A stretch of DNA of 64,000 bases from Mobula birostris (Eukaryota). Where the stretch lies: positions 16,372,182-16,436,181 of the forward strand of contig NC_092398.1 in assembly GCF_030028105.1 (NCBI RefSeq), given 5' to 3'. The notes under the pieces were generated by a model. It was not told where the DNA came from and did no database searches. It was given only the letters and a program-made list of their open reading frames with translations. This document shows, in pieces, positions 1 through 13,091 of the stretch (position 1 is its first letter; every line of letters starts with the position of its first letter). The position numbers were made by a program, and so were the translations under genes.

Positions 1-194
1 CGATGGCCATTCATCAAGTCAAATCACAGATGTGTCCACATATTCCTGTTCTTGCTACGATTGATGTGTTGTCTTCTCAGGAATCTGCTTTATATTTAAG
101 GAACAGTGGCATTCATGTGCTGTTGAACTGAGAGGCAAAGCAGGACTGACGTGCTGCTGTGTTTGAGATTCCCATAAACAAAATCCTTTGCTCT

Positions 195-1890
195 CTGTTT
201 CGCTTTTATTCTATCTTTGAGTTCTCTCATCTTCCCTTTAGAATACTTCATCTTTGGGATGTATTTGTCCTGCACCTCCCAAATTACTCCCAGAAACTCC
301 AGCCATTTGCTGTTCTGCTGTCATTCTTATCCAATCAACTTTGGCCAGCTTCTCTCTCATGTCTCTGTAATTCCCTTCACTCCACTGTAATAATGATACA
401 CCTGATTTGTGCTTCTCTCTCACAAACTGCAGGATAAATTCTAGAATATTGCAATCACTGCTTCTTAAGGATCCCTTTACCTGAAGCTCCCTAATCCAAT
501 CTGTTTCATTACAAACACCCAATCCAGAATTGCCTTTCACTGATCTGTTCTAATAAGCCATCATGCAGGCATTCAGCAAATTCCCTTCTTGGGGGTCCAG
601 CACGATCCTGATTTTCCCAATCTACCTGTATCTTGAAATCCACCATGACTATCGCAACATTGCCCTTTTTAAATAACTGCAATCCCATTGTAAATTTCAC
701 CCCACATCCCAGCAACTGTTTTTAGTCTATCAGAGTCTTTTGACCCTTGTAGTTCCTTCACTCTCCCCACAAGGATTCGATAACTTCTGATCACGTGTCG
801 CCTCTTGCTAAGGATTTCATCTTTACCAACAGAACCAACCTACCCACCTGCCTCCTTGACTTTCCTTTCAATACAATGTTTATTTATCCTTAGATGTTAA
901 ACTCCCAACTATGATTTTCTTTCAGCCATGACTCAGTGCTACATACCTCATGGATATCTTGTGACTGTCTTATGACCATGATGTCATGGTTTTTTTTTTG
1001 TTGGAGATCACATGATGCAATTTTCCCACCAATGTGAGGTCACATGATGATCTATTCTCAACAGGTATATAAAAGGGAGACCCTAGTGACGCAGTTTAGT
1101 TTTCCAGTTAGAACATCAGCCAGAGATTCTGTTCCGTTGTGTATTTGCTTTATGATACAGTTTCAATTTAAAACAGAGTTTTACTTTCTATTGTAAGGTA
1201 CAATAGTGTTGGACTGGCAGTTTGCCCATTTCTGCCAGATTTGTTGATGTACCTTTTCAGTGGCGGTTTGCAGAATGGCCACATAACGGTTAATTTCCGG
1301 TTAAGGTTTTCGTTTGATTTTTTTTATTGTTTATCAATGTTTAATAAATGTGTGGTTTATTTTTATATAACCTGACTCGGTTGATATTCATTGTTGCCAG
1401 TTATGTAACATCAGTAATTCTCACAGTCATAACCGCCAATTTCCAAATGTATACAAGATAATTTAACTTATACCGTAAACTGAGTGCACTCAAACACAAC
1501 ACCTTCAGTTCTGTATTCATCACCCTTTTTCAGTTTGCACTTATGTAACACTTCCACTCATCCCACTGACTCCAGATTTATCCAGTCATCTGCCTATTCT
1601 TCCTCACAGGCCCACTACACACCTTGTCTTCTTGTATCCTGACTACACCATCTTCAACAGCATCACTCCGGTTCCCATTCCCCTGCCTATTAGTTTAAAT
1701 CCTCCACAAGAACTCTAGCAAAATTGCCCGCAACAATATTGGTCTCCCATGAATTCAGCTGTAACCAATCCTTTTTGTACAGGACAGACCTTCCCCATAA
1801 GAGATGCCAATGGTTCAAAAATCCAAAAACCTGTTTGGTGCACTAATTCTTCAGCCAAATCATCCTACGCTTATCCTCATTGGCATGTGG
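195..1890 (-). mobile_element. Degenerate CR1-clade LINE (ORF1 to endonuclease region), interrupted by a solo LTR
   Basis: ORFs 238..540 and 509..715 give CR1 endonuclease-like peptides (IVMVDFKIQVDW, LRSSDCNILEF, NYRDMREKLAKVDW); many stops and frameshifts; boundaries approximate. Confidence 0.75.
937..1410 (+). mobile_element. Solo LTR, 474 bp (Gypsy-type)
   Basis: Begins TGCTACAT and ends ATGTAACA (7/8 inverted match); 4-bp TSD TCAG at 933-936 and 1411-1414; TATATAAAA at 1066-1074; AATAAA at 1343-1348; host CR1 sequence resumes across it. Confidence 0.85.
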
Positions 1891-1983
1891 CACAGGCAAC
1901 AATCCAGGGGCAGCTTGAAGGGCTGAGAGGCCTGTTCCTGTTATTCAGCCTCCTCTAAGTGAAGATGAGGGTTTGGAGAGATT

Positions 1984-2167
1984 CAAACAACAGGAATTCT
2001 GCAGATGCTGGAAATTCAAGCAACACACATCAAAGTTGCTGGTGAACGCAGCAGGCCAGGCAGCATCTCCAGGAAGAGGTACAGTCGACGTTTCAGGCCG
2101 AGACCCTTCGTCAGTCACAGAGATGCTGTCTGGCCTGCTGTGTTCACCAGCAACTTTGATGTGTGTT
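1984..2167. mobile_element. Penelope-like element pLTR-derived hairpin insertion with hammerhead ribozyme motif
   Basis: About 50-bp inverted arms (caacacacatcaaagttgctggtgaacg... / ...gttcaccagcaactttgatgtgtgttg); minus-strand CTGACGA-agggtctcggcct-GAAACGTC at 2084-2114; 13-bp TSD gtttggagagatt at 1971-1983 and 2168-2180. Confidence 0.8.
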
Positions 2168-2284
2168 GTTTGGAGAGATTGATGGGCAGAATGGCCTATC
2201 CCAAGGAAAGGCTGGCTGTGGAGGTAATTAAATGTGATACACTCATCCCTGGATTTCCTGAGTCACCCTGCACCCTGGATTTGC

Positions 2285-4090
2285 GAAGGAAGGCAAATGC
2301 AATGTCAGCATTCATTTCAAGTGGACCAGAATATTACAACAAGGATGTATTGCTGAGGCTTTATAAGACATTGGTTGGACTGCACCTGGAGCAACATGAG
2401 CTGTTTTGGCCCCTTGCCCAAGAAAAGATGTGTTGGCATTGGAGAGGGTCCAGAAGAGGTTTACAAAAATAATTCTGGGAATTAAAAGGTTAAAGTATAA
2501 GGAGCTTTTGATGGCTCTGGGTCTGTACTCGCTGAACTTTAGAATAATGTTGGGGGAGTTCATTGAAACCTATCAAATATTGAAAACTGAGAGAGTGAAT
2601 CTGGAGAGAATGATTCCTATAATGGAGGAGCAGAGGGCACAGCCTCAGAATAGAGGGACATCTATTTAGAAAAGAGATGAGGGGCAAATTCTTCAGGCAG
2701 ATGATGGTGAATCTGTGAATCTCGCATAATGTCAATAAGACCAAGGAACTAATTGTAGACTGCAGGAGAGGGATACCAGGGGTCCATCAGCCAGTAATCA
2801 TTGGAGGATCAGAGGTGGAGAGCGTCAGTTACTTTCAATTTCTGGGTGTCACTATCTCAGAGGACCTGTCCTGGACCCATCATATAAATATCATTGTGAA
2901 GAAAGCACAACAGTGCCTCTACTTCCTTAGGAGCCTGCTGGGGTTGGGCATGTAATCAAAAACCTGGGCAAACCTCTATAGGTATCTGGTGGAAAGTGTG
3001 CTGACTGGCTGCATTACAGCCTAGTTTGCGAACATTCAGATTTAGATTTAGATTATGAGGACACGCAGTCCTCTTTTATTGTCATTTAGTAATGCATGCA
3101 TTAAGAAATGATACAATTTGTTTCTCCAGAATGATATTATAGAAACACAAGACAAACTAAGACTAAAATAACTGACAAAAAACACATAATTATAAAATAT
3201 AGTTACAACAGTGCAAAGCAATACCATAATTTGATGAAGAACAGACCATGGGCACATTAAAAAAAGTCTCAAAGTCTCTTGAAAGTCCCATCATCTCATG
3301 CAGACGGTTGAAGGGAGAAACTCTCCCTGCCATGAGCTTCCAGCACCGCAAACTTGCCAATGCAGTATCCTGGAAGCACCCCGACCACAGTCCGACTCTG
3401 AGTCCGTCCGAAAACTTCGAACCTCTGACCAGTGCCTTTGAGCAGAAAACCCTACAAATGGTAATGGATTCAGCCCAGTATATCACAGGTAAAGCCCTCG
3501 CAGCCATTGAGCACATCTACATGAAACATTACTATAGAAAAGCACCATCTATCATCAGATCCTCACCACCCAGGCCATGCTTTTTCCTCACCACTGCCAT
3601 CAGGTAGAAAGTACAAGTGGCTCAGGACTCGCAACACCAGGTTCAAGAACAGTTACTGCCCCTTAACCATCAAGCTCTGAAACAAAAGGGGATAGCTACA
3701 CCCATTTAAGGACTCTGTTATATTGTTACTTCATTCTGGTTATTTATTCCTATTTATTTATATCTGCATTTTCATAGTTTGTTTACAGTTTACAGTTACT
3801 GTTTTATAGATTTGCTATGAATGCCCTCAGAAAAGGAATCTCAGGGTTGTATGTGGTGACATGTATGTACTTTACTGCATGCATTTTACTTTGAACTTCA
3901 GAATCCATTACCACGGATGTTGATAGAGGCCAAATCTTTGTATAGATTTAAAGCATATCTTGATACGTTTTTGATGAGTCAGGGCATCAAAGGTTCGGGG
4001 GAGTAGGCAAGAGAATGGGGTTGAGAGGGATAATAAATCAGTGTGTTGGAATGGTAGAACAGACTCAAGGGGCTGAATGTTCTGTATGTC
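2285..4090 (+). mobile_element. CR1 3' fragment with nested L2-like LINE 3' fragment (about 2723-3899), itself carrying a minus-strand non-autonomous LINE-like insert (about 3038-3428)
   Basis: CR1 peptides LLRLYKTLVGLHLE and ALERVQKRFTKII; L2-type KTKELIVDCR...FLGVTISEDLSW; (AGATT)n tail at 3038-3056 of the same family as 52285-52953. Confidence 0.7.
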
Positions 4091-4269
4091 TGAGGCTCTC
4101 TATAGTAATAAATTTAAAATATGGTGGAATTGGTAGACAGTTGGTTTATGATATGCTAGAGCACACACACACGAAAATATTAACATCCTTAATCCAGTCA
4201 GTGTCCATGCAGGTACCAATGACAAAGGTATGAATTGAATAAATAAGTGAATTGACAAGGTAGGAAGAG

Positions 4270-6335
4270 TGTGTAATAGTTACCGCCCCCGTCTGTATGT
4301 GACTGAGTGGGTTCCCTCCCCGGGTTTTGTACTTGTCACAGTAAAGATGTCAGTTGAGATAAACGTATTTTTGCATGGACCGAATGCACACCACCTTGGT
4401 GTTTGGATTAGGATTGGAAATTAACGGCGAGATTGAAGAACTACAACGCTGGATGGAGCGCCCTAAAACCTGGGGAATAAGTGGAGGGACCCAGCAGTAT
4501 GCCTCTCCCGCACACCCGAGCCGAGCTCCCGAAGACAGGACGCTGACCTGGAGGGAGAACCTGGGAACCAAGAATCGTGCCTTTCTAGGGCGAGTGTATT
4601 CAGTCTACAACAGCACAGGGGACAGAGTGGAGAGCATCATCCACCTCTCTCGTGGCCCAAACCGGAGAACCTAAGGTTGACCGCAGCCATGGGAGGAAGG
4701 ACAACAAGGCAGGCACCACCGACACAGCTGGAGCAAGAGGAAGACTAACGGGCCTCAGTAATTCACACCGAAGCTCTCCAGATACAATGGTGCCAGCCGC
4801 CTGGAGCTTTACCTGGCGCAAGTCAAACTTACCTTTCGGCACAACGGGTGGAGCACCACAGAGACAGCGGTGCGCCTTGCACTGGCACTGGAGCCCAGGC
4901 TTGTGTCGCCGAGGCAGAGGAAGAAACTGACCAGGAGGAGCCCACGAGACTGGTCCGATCAGCGCTGCGCCTGGCTTTTCCCGCCGCGTGCCACGGTGCG
5001 ATCTCTGCTACCGACGTGGCGAGGCCAGGCCACTTGGCCCGGTACTGTCCCGCACCGGCGTATCCATCGGGAAACACCAAGGGGAGGGCACCACCCGAGA
5101 TATCGAATCTCTCCGTTGTCGCCTCTCCGGGTGGGCCGCTTGGATAAAGAGCATGACTTGGACTGAGTAGAGGGCATCAGCTGCCGTGCGTTGGTGGACA
5201 TGGGGTCATCCATCACCATCATCCGTCCTAGTGTCCTCCTCAATACAGTCCAGCCATCCCCGCCTGGTTGGACAACGACGGCGGTCCAGCTGACTGGTGA
5301 CTGTGAGGCGATGAGAGGGAAGAGATGACTGCGCATCGCAGTGGGTGAAAAGATAGTGGAGCACGAGATGGCCTTGACCTGCTGGCCCTTGTGGGTGTGC
5401 CAGAGCAACACCCACCTCGACGCTGAAGCCGTGGCTCTCCGGCAGGGCGGCTCCAGGAAGCGGACCAGGCGGGCGCTGCATCGATCACCACGGTCTTACA
5501 GTGGCCCTCCGCAGTGCAGCGCACCCCAGAGTTCAAAGCAACACAGCGGAACCAGGGGCAAGCGGTGGTGGCTGCGCTTCAGGTGGCAGCCATCGGCGAG
5601 GTAGACCTCTCCACTATTGACCAGCAGTGACCAATTCTATGCTGTCCCATGTGAGGGGGGTGGCTGAGCGTGCGACAGCTTCCGGATTGGGCAGAGATCT
5701 CCGCCATGGATTCAGGGACTCTCAGTGGGGCAGGCTGGATATATGTTACAGGTTGCTGTTCCAGCCATAGCAGTTTTCCGACAACGGCAGACATCTCTTG
5801 CAGCGGATGGTCCCCCGACAGCTCCACGCCATGGTGCTGCGGTCGAGGCACAGGCTGGTGGGAGCCGGCCATTTCGGGGTCGCAAGGACGTTGGGCAAGC
5901 TGCGCCAATGCAGCAATACCTGGTGGGGGTCATTATGGAGCTGCTGCCCCACCCGGAAGAAAGCGCTATTCTCCAAACTTGGAAGCCGTTGGAAACGACC
6001 GGGAGAGGTACTGGACCTTATCTCCGATGTGATATACCGGGTGCGGTTGCCTGAGAGACGAAAGGCAGTCGTGCTACATGGGGAGCGGCTGGCACCGTAT
6101 CGGCTCTCGGCTACCACCGACCCAGTGAGGCTGAAGGAAGGAAGTGACACTGCGGTACCCTGCCTCTCGCCTCATCAAATAATGCCTCCAGTCAGTTGGG
6201 AGGGTGGGGAGGGGCTACAGACACCCACAACGCCTCAGATGGCGGCGTTGACCACCACCAGGACTTTTGGATTTTGTTGTTGACTCTGAGGTTACTGAGG
6301 ACAGTTGACCCCTCAGGTGAGGGGCAATGTGGCGC
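4270..6335 (+). mobile_element. Internally deleted Gypsy/Ty3 LTR retrotransposon (gag knuckle, protease, integrase ends only)
   Basis: Frameshifted CCHC knuckle CYRRGE/PGHLARYC (about 5005-5048); protease ALVDMGSSITII (about 5188-5223); integrase Zn-binding HRLVGAGHFGVARTL joined directly to a GPY/F-type C-terminus (SRWKRPGEVLDLISDVIYRV...VVLHGERLAPY); purine tract gaggggcaa then TGT at about 6319-6330. Confidence 0.8.
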
Positions 6336-6344
6336 TTTGGAGGG

Positions 6345-7762
6345 CGGAAATTCAGAAATCAGTGGTGCAAAAGGACTGGGGAATTCTCATACAGGATTCC
6401 TAAAGTTTAACTTGCAAGTCGAATCGGTGGCAAGGAAGGGCAATGAAATGTTAACATTCACTTCAAGAGGATTAAAATATAAAAGCAAGGATGCAATATT
6501 GAGGCATAAAAAGGCATTGGTCAGACTGTACTTGGAGTATTGTGAGCAGTTTTGGGCCCTTATCTGAGAAAGGGTGTGATGGCATTGGAGAGAGTCCAGA
6601 AGAGCTTCGAGAGAATTATCAAGGGAAAGAAAGGGTTAACGTATGAGGAACATTTGATGGCTCTGGGCCTGTACTCACTGGAATTTCGAAGAATGATGGA
6701 GGATCTAATTGAAACCCACTGAAGCTTAAAAGGCCGAGATTGGGTGGACATAGAGAGGATGTTTCTTATAGTGGGGGAATCTTAGACCAGCGGGCACAGC
6801 CTCAGAATATGAGGAAGTCCCTTTAGAATAGAAATGAAGATGAAATTCTTTAGTGAGAAGGTGGTGACTCTGTGGAATTTGTTACCACAAAGGCTATGGA
6901 GGCAAAGTTATTGGGTATATTTAAAGTGAAGATTGATAGGTTCTCGATTAGTAATGGCATCAAAGATTATGGGGAGAAGGCAGGAGAATGAGGTTGAGAA
7001 GGCTAATATATCAGCCATGACGGAATGGCTGAGCAGATGCGATGGGCGAAATGGCCTAATTCTGCTCCTATGTCCTATGGTCTTAAGATGGTGTGCTGAC
7101 AAAACAGAGTGCAGACACTGAACCAAAGCTTTGAGAGGCGAGCTTCCCTTTGTGCAACCTTTCTGAGTGTGGAAGTTCAGTAAGGCAACAGTAAAGATGA
7201 TAAGCTGACACAGTGTGCAGACATAGTTACATTGGAAACCGGAAGGATACATTATCCTTGCGGATATATTTGCTGGAGCTGTTAGGGAGAGCTTAAACTA
7301 ATTTGGCAGGAGGATGGGAACCGGATGAAAGGACTGAGGATAGGGTTGCTGGGTTACAAGCAGAGGCAGTGAGTAGTGAAACTCTCAGGAAGGTCAGGCA
7401 GATCATTGGGCTAAATTGCAGTCAGTTTAATGTTGCACTGCAAAAGGGAGAGAACATTGAAGAAGTTGTTGGATACAAGACTGAAGGCTTTTTATCTAAA
7501 TGCATGCAGTATACAGAATGAATCTGATGATCTTGTAATGCAGTTAGCGATTGGCGTTATGGGCATTACTCAGTCGTGGTTGAATGAAGGTTGTGGGAGG
7601 AGCTTAACATCCAAAAATATACATTGTATCAAAAGGACAGACAAGTTTGCATATCCGTGATAAGATATGACACAGGGTCAGAAGGTGTAGAATCATTGTG
7701 GGTAGAGTTAAGAAACTGCAGGTGATGGGAGTTATATACAGGTTTCTGAAAAGTAGCAAAGA
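6345..7762 (+). mobile_element. CR1 LINE fragments (ORF2 3' end and tail, then ORF1/endonuclease pieces)
   Basis: KALVRLYLEYCEQFW; typical CR1 3' UTR ending tctgctcctatgtcctatggtctta; LKAFYLNACSIQN...MGITQSWL endonuclease motif. Confidence 0.75.
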
Positions 7763-7764
7763 TA

Positions 7765-8760
7765 CAGCTTTTTGAATGTTCACTTTACGAAACCTCGCTG
7801 TTATGAAAGACTTACATTAGTTACCTGTTTTCGCTATCGGAAGGTGTTTTCACTGTTACGAAAAAAGGCAGCGCGCCGCGCGCCCCAGCAGCCAAGCTCC
7901 TCCCCCGGAACTGCATTCTGGCCGGCATTGCTTAAATACATGCCTATAAGCAGCCATCAGCAAGATGAGTTCTAAGGTATCGGAAAAGCCTACAAGAGCT
8001 CGTAAGGGTGCTACACTTAACGTAAAAGTAAACATAATTAAGCGTACCGATCGTGGTGAACGAAGCAAGGACAAAGTGAGTTTGGCTTGTGGAAGCTGAC
8101 GAAGATGATGTTGAAGAGGTTTTGGCATCCCATGACCAAGAACAGATAGATGAAGAGCTGATGCAACTGGAAGAGGAAAGGATAATAACCGAAACCGAAT
8201 GCAGTAGCGAACGGACCGAAAGTGAAGTCGTCCAGGAACTGAACGTGAAGCAACAGCTTGAGATGATAGAAAAATGCGCGAGGATAAGCAGTCAAGCATA
8301 CCGTTGTTTTTCAAGCCTTCCACATCAGCCACAGCAGATGATGAACCTCGACCTTCGACATCGAGGCAGGCAGACATAGAAGAAGATGACCTGCCTGCCC
8401 GAGACTCCATAGTATTACATTAGTCTTCTTGTACAGCACCACCATACAGACTCCAGAAGGTAGAGTGTTCCTATGAAACGGTTCGTAAGCCGGAATGTCG
8501 TAAAGTGAAGAAGCAATTACCATTTATTTATATGGGAAAAATTTGTGCGCGTTTGCAGACCCACAAAAATAACTTACCAAAATCATACCAAATAACACAT
8601 AAAACCTAAAATAAAAATAACAGTAACATATAGTAAAAGCAGGAATGATATGATAAATACACAGCCTGTATAAAGTAGAAATACTTTTCTACAATCATTG
8701 CCGCACTGTTCTCCATAGTGAAAATCTCACGGAAGCGCTCTCGGCAGAAACACTCTCTCC
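7765..8760 (+). mobile_element. Tigger/pogo DNA transposon deletion derivative; probable 3' end (8457-8760) is inverted
   Basis: TA|CAG start; ATG 7965 encodes MSSKVSEKPTRARKGATLNVKVNIIKRTDRGERSKD (psq/CENP-B-type HTH) joined to the acidic Tigger C-terminal motif EADEDDVEEVLASHDQEQIDEELMQLEEER; DDE domain absent. Confidence 0.75.
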
Positions 8761-8779
8761 AGCTTCACTCTGGGAAACA

Positions 8780-9115
8780 TAACAGTCTGCCTATTTAGCA
8801 CCAGCATCCAAATTCCAGAGATTATATCAGACAGTCTCCTACTAAAGCGCCACCATACAGACTCCATAGTATTACATCAGTCTTCTTGTACAGCACCATC
8901 ATACAGACTCCAGAGAATTACATCAAACAGTCTCTATACAACGCCAGTATACAAACTCCAGAGAATTACATCAGTCTCCCTATACAGCACAACCATGCGA
9001 CCTCCAGAGAATTATATCAAACGGTTTCTGAAGACAGTGATGGCACCCGAACTCCGGAGAATTACAGCCAACAATGGACGGTCCTCTGAGACAGCTATCA
9101 TATCTGAACTCCAGG
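8780..9115. repeat. Degenerate minisatellite, about 45-50 bp unit, 7 or so copies (one more copy at 8402-8456)
   Basis: Recurring cagcaccaccatacagactccagagaattacatcag. Confidence 0.8.
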
Positions 9116-9860
9116 CGACTGGCCAGTGGCTAATGTACCTCTGCTTAAGAAGGGAACAGGGGAACTTCCTGGGAACTGCAAGCCGCTGAGTCTCAGTTGT
9201 AGGGAAACTGCTGGAGAAAATTCTTAGAGATAGGGTATATAAGCACTTGGCCCAACTAGGGTGAGCCAGCATGGATTTGCCACATAGCAGATCGTGCCTT
9301 ACCAACTTGATTGTTTTTTTTTGACAAGAGGACGAGAGATTGATGAAGGTAGGGCAGTGATTGTTGTCTGCATGGATTTTAGTACAGCATTTGACAAAGT
9401 GCTTTATGGGAGGCTAATACAGAAGATGCATGAATTCTGTGGCAAATTAGCTGTTTGAATTCAGTACTGGCTGGCGAGAAGAAAACAAAGGGTAGTGGTT
9501 GAAGGGACTTATTTAAGCTACAGGTCCGTAATTAATGGAGTTCTGCTGGGATCTGTGCTGTTTGTGGCGTATATAGCTGACAAATGAAAATGTAGCTGGG
9601 TGGGTTGGTAAATTTGTGGATGACACCAAGACTGATGTAGTTCTGGATAGAGTAGAAAACTGGCAAAAAATACAATACTTTATACTTTATTGTCGCCAAA
9701 CAATTGATACTAGAACGTACAATCATCACAGCGATATTTGATTCTGCACTTCCCACTCCCTGGATTACAAATTGATAGTAAGTATAAAATTTAGATTAAT
9801 TGCAGATATGGGCTGAGAAATGGCATATGGAGTTTAACCCAGATAAATGTGAGATGTTGT
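9115..9860 (+). mobile_element. CR1 reverse transcriptase fragment, degenerate
   Basis: SVVGKLLEKILRDRVYKHL, RSCLTNL, MDFSTAFDKV, KFVDDTK motifs with frameshifts. Confidence 0.75.
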
Positions 9861-11529
9861 GATAGTAGATATGTGTGAAATGAAAGAGATGTGGTTGAGG
9901 CTGAGTACCAGCAGGATCTGTGGAAGACTAAACAGTTAATGTTTTGGGCTAAGACCCTTCTTTTTGAAGTTGAACCTGTGCTCTCGACCAGGATCTTGAA
10001 ATTTTGTTTAGGCACCGAATATTCTGTCTTTGTCTTGGATTATTCCAAGCTCTAGATCCTGCTGACTATTTCAATTGATGGATTTTATAAGTTTAGATCT
10101 AAGATTCTTTTAGAAGTCAGGAATGAGGCATAAAACATGTTGCTTCACGATTGTTTTATTAAGAGATGATAGAACAGGAACAGATCAGTGACAGGGGCCT
10201 ACGACTTGAAGAAGCAAGAGAAACTAAAGATGGCACCTTGTATAACACAGCTACTTTCATACACAAATAAAAATTTCCATTCAAATCTATGATAACAATA
10301 ATCTAATAAGAAAGTACTTAGTCAATATTGCAGTACAAATTAAGCAATGAGGAAATACTTACTTATTAAATGAAGTGCAAGTAAGTCCCAGAATTGTAAT
10401 TTGTACAGGCATATTAAACTATTATGTATACAAAGGCTACTGAAAATACAAGCAGATAACTAATTGTAAAACTGCAAAGAAAATGACAATTAAACAGTCA
10501 GATCCAACAGAATCAGCACATGCACACTCAATTCACAGTGATAGTACATTCTAAAACTCAGATTTCTGGGTAAGAATAATGTCTTGAAAGTATTTACAAG
10601 CATCGCCTCCTCTATGCCAAATGTCAGCAATCAAGTCGATATTTTTATGAGAACTCATTAGCCAGTTTAACATAGCAAGCTCCCATAAGCAATATACTCA
10701 ATGTCAACATAGTGTATCAACAGTTAAAGTCAACCTAATGTTTTTCCTCTGTCAATTAGCTTCCAAATGTTGCTATCCTGCCATTTGTTGCCACACCCCT
10801 GCTCTGGTTCCTTGTTCCTCATCACGTGTTCTTAACCCTACCACGGTCCAGAGCCCCAAACTCCATTCTCTGCTGACCTGTCTCTGGTTTCTGACCATGT
10901 TCCAGTGAACTATTGGACCCCATTCTGCTTTCAGACTTTAGAGGACAGTGTGTATTCTAACAACCCAGCTGTTGGAAAAAGCCCTTTAGAAGCAGTGAAA
11001 GTGGCCTATATCGTTGAAATGAACAGGGAAGAAGGACATTATCTACCAATGTCATTCTTCCTCGCCCAGATATTCAAAGGATGAAGAACAAGCCAGACAT
11101 GACTGCAGCCAATTCGTCTCCTTCAATCTGCAGAAAGTCATGCAGGAAATTCAAGGGAAACCTCTTTACCCACAGAATGGTGACTGTTTGGAACCCATCT
11201 CCATAGGGAGAGCCAGAGGTGAACGGCAGGGATGGATTTAAAGGACTGTTACGGAACAGAAACTCGGGCAGGGATCAGCTGGGCTCAGTGGACTCCCTAC
11301 TGTACACTGGGTGTATTGTGGGTTCACTTAAGTACCTGAGACAGAGTTTAAAATAGAACTGATTTATTCGTCACAGACCCAGAATAGTAAACTCCAGTCA
11401 TATTAGTGAACATCGGCGGAAGAAACTCCTCCCAGGCTCAGTGACCAGGGTGCAGAACTGGGTGTGATGAGCAGCAGCAATAATTGCAGAGTTTGACACC
11501 AACAATCACTTTTGAACTTGCCTCTGGAT

Positions 11530-11978
11530 TCAGCAATCTCAGTGGTTAAATATCCAACATGCAGCCCATTTAAACTTTCTCCCCAGTGTGAACTGAACAG
11601 TGTGTCACAATGTGAGATGACCGAGTGAATCACTTTCCACACTCAGAACTGGTGAATGGTCTCTCCCCAGTGTGAACTCGCTGATGTCTCAGTAAGCTGA
11701 AATGGCTGAGTGAATCCCTTCCCACAGTCTGACAGATAAACAGTTTCTCCCCAGTGTGAGCTGACTGGTGTGCCAGTAGATTAGTTGATCCAGTGGCGCC
11801 CTTCCCACACTCTGAGTAGGTGAAATGTCTCTCTCCAGTGTAAACTTGCTGGTGTCTGTGGAGGTTGCATGATTGTGTAAACCCCTCCCATACAGAGAAC
11901 AGGTGAGTGGCCTCTCTCCCAGTGTGAACTCACTGGTGTTTCTGCAGGCTACATGACTGAGTGAATCCCTTCTCACAG
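11530..11978 (-). pseudogene. About five decayed, out-of-frame zinc fingers downstream of the ZNF ORF
   Basis: 84-bp periodic cccagtgtgaact linkers continue with indels and stops. Confidence 0.8.
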
Positions 11979-13091
11979 TCAGAGCTGGTGAACGGCCTCT
12001 CTCCCAGTGTGAACTCGCTGGTGTCTCTGTAGACTGAAAGACCGAGTGAATTCCTTCCCACACACTGAACACATGAATGGCCTCTCCCCAGTGTGAACTC
12101 GCTGATGTACCTTCAGTTGAGATAACCGGGTGAATCCCTTCCCACAGTCTGAGCAGGTAAATGGCTTCTCCCCAGTGTGAATTCGCTGATGTACCTTCAG
12201 TTGAGATGACCGAGTGAATCCCTTCCCACAGTCTGAGCAGGTAAACGGCCTCTCCCCAGTGTGAACTCGCTGGTGTCCTAATAGTTGAGATGACTGAGTA
12301 AATCCCTTTCCACAGTCTGAGCAGGTGAATGGCCTCTCCACATTATGGACTCGCTGGTGTGTTTGTAGGTGGGATAACTTAGTGAATCCCTTCCCACAGT
12401 CTGAGCAGATGAACGGTCTCTCTCCAGTGTGAAGTCGCCGATGTTCCTTCAGGTGAAATGACCGAGTGAATCCTTTCCCACAGTCTGAGCAGGTGAACGG
12501 TGTCTCCCCAGTGTGAAGTGACTGATGCGCCAGTAGGTCAGATAACCGAGTAAATCCCTTCCCACACATGGAACACACGAATGGCCTCTCCCCAGTGTGA
12601 ACAGATTGGTGTCTCTGTAAGCTGAATGATCGAGTGAATCCCTTCCCACAGTGTGAACATGTAAATGGCATCTCCCCAGTGTGAACTGACTGGTGTTCCA
12701 ATAGTTGAGATGACCGAGGAAATCCCTTCCCACAGTCTGAACAGATGAACGGCCGCTCCCCAGTGTGAACTGGCTGATGTTCCTTCAGTTGAGATAACCG
12801 AGTAAATGCCTTGCCACAGTCTGAGCAGATGAACGGCCTCTCCCCAGTGTGAACTCGCTGATGTTCCTTCATTTGAGATGACCGACGAAACCTCTTCCCA
12901 CAGTCTGAGCAGGTGAACGGCCTCTCCCCAGTGTGAACTCGCTGATGTTCCTTCAGTTGAGATGACCGAGTAAAGCTCATTCCGCAGTCTGAGCAGGTGA
13001 ACGGCCTCTCCCCAGTGTGAATTCGCTGATGTTCCTTCAGGTCAGATGACCGAGTAAATCCCTTCCCACAGTCTAAGCAGGTAAGAGACAT
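11979..13091 (-). CDS. Tandem C2H2 zinc-finger protein, 13 in-frame fingers (370 aa ORF)
   Basis: 13 repeats of CxxCGKxFxxxSxLxxHQxxH with TGERP linkers; no KRAB/SCAN seen; ends by frameshift in an AG run after finger 13; true start may depend on splicing. Confidence 0.9.
   Translation of the reverse strand: MSLTCLDCGKGFTRSSDLKEHQRIHTGERPFTCSDCGMSFTRSSQLKEHQRVHTGERPFTCSDCGKRFRRSSQMKEHQRVHTGERPFICSDCGKAFTRLSQLKEHQPVHTGERPFICSDCGKGFPRSSQLLEHQSVHTGEMPFTCSHCGKGFTRSFSLQRHQSVHTGERPFVCSMCGKGFTRLSDLLAHQSLHTGETPFTCSDCGKGFTRSFHLKEHRRLHTGERPFICSDCGKGFTKLSHLQTHQRVHNVERPFTCSDCGKGFTQSSQLLGHQRVHTGERPFTCSDCGKGFTRSSQLKVHQRIHTGEKPFTCSDCGKGFTRLSQLKVHQRVHTGERPFMCSVCGKEFTRSFSLQRHQRVHTGREAVHQL

Noticed and set aside
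8780-9115. Regularly spaced repeats resembling a CRISPR array (also 29050-29395)
   Set aside because: Eukaryotic context, degenerate contiguous units without unique spacers, no cas genes
10138-10962. Possible minus-strand solo LTR (TGTT...AACA with AATAAA near the end)
   Set aside because: Flanks aaaca versus accca do not form a convincing TSD and the terminal repeat is only 4 bp
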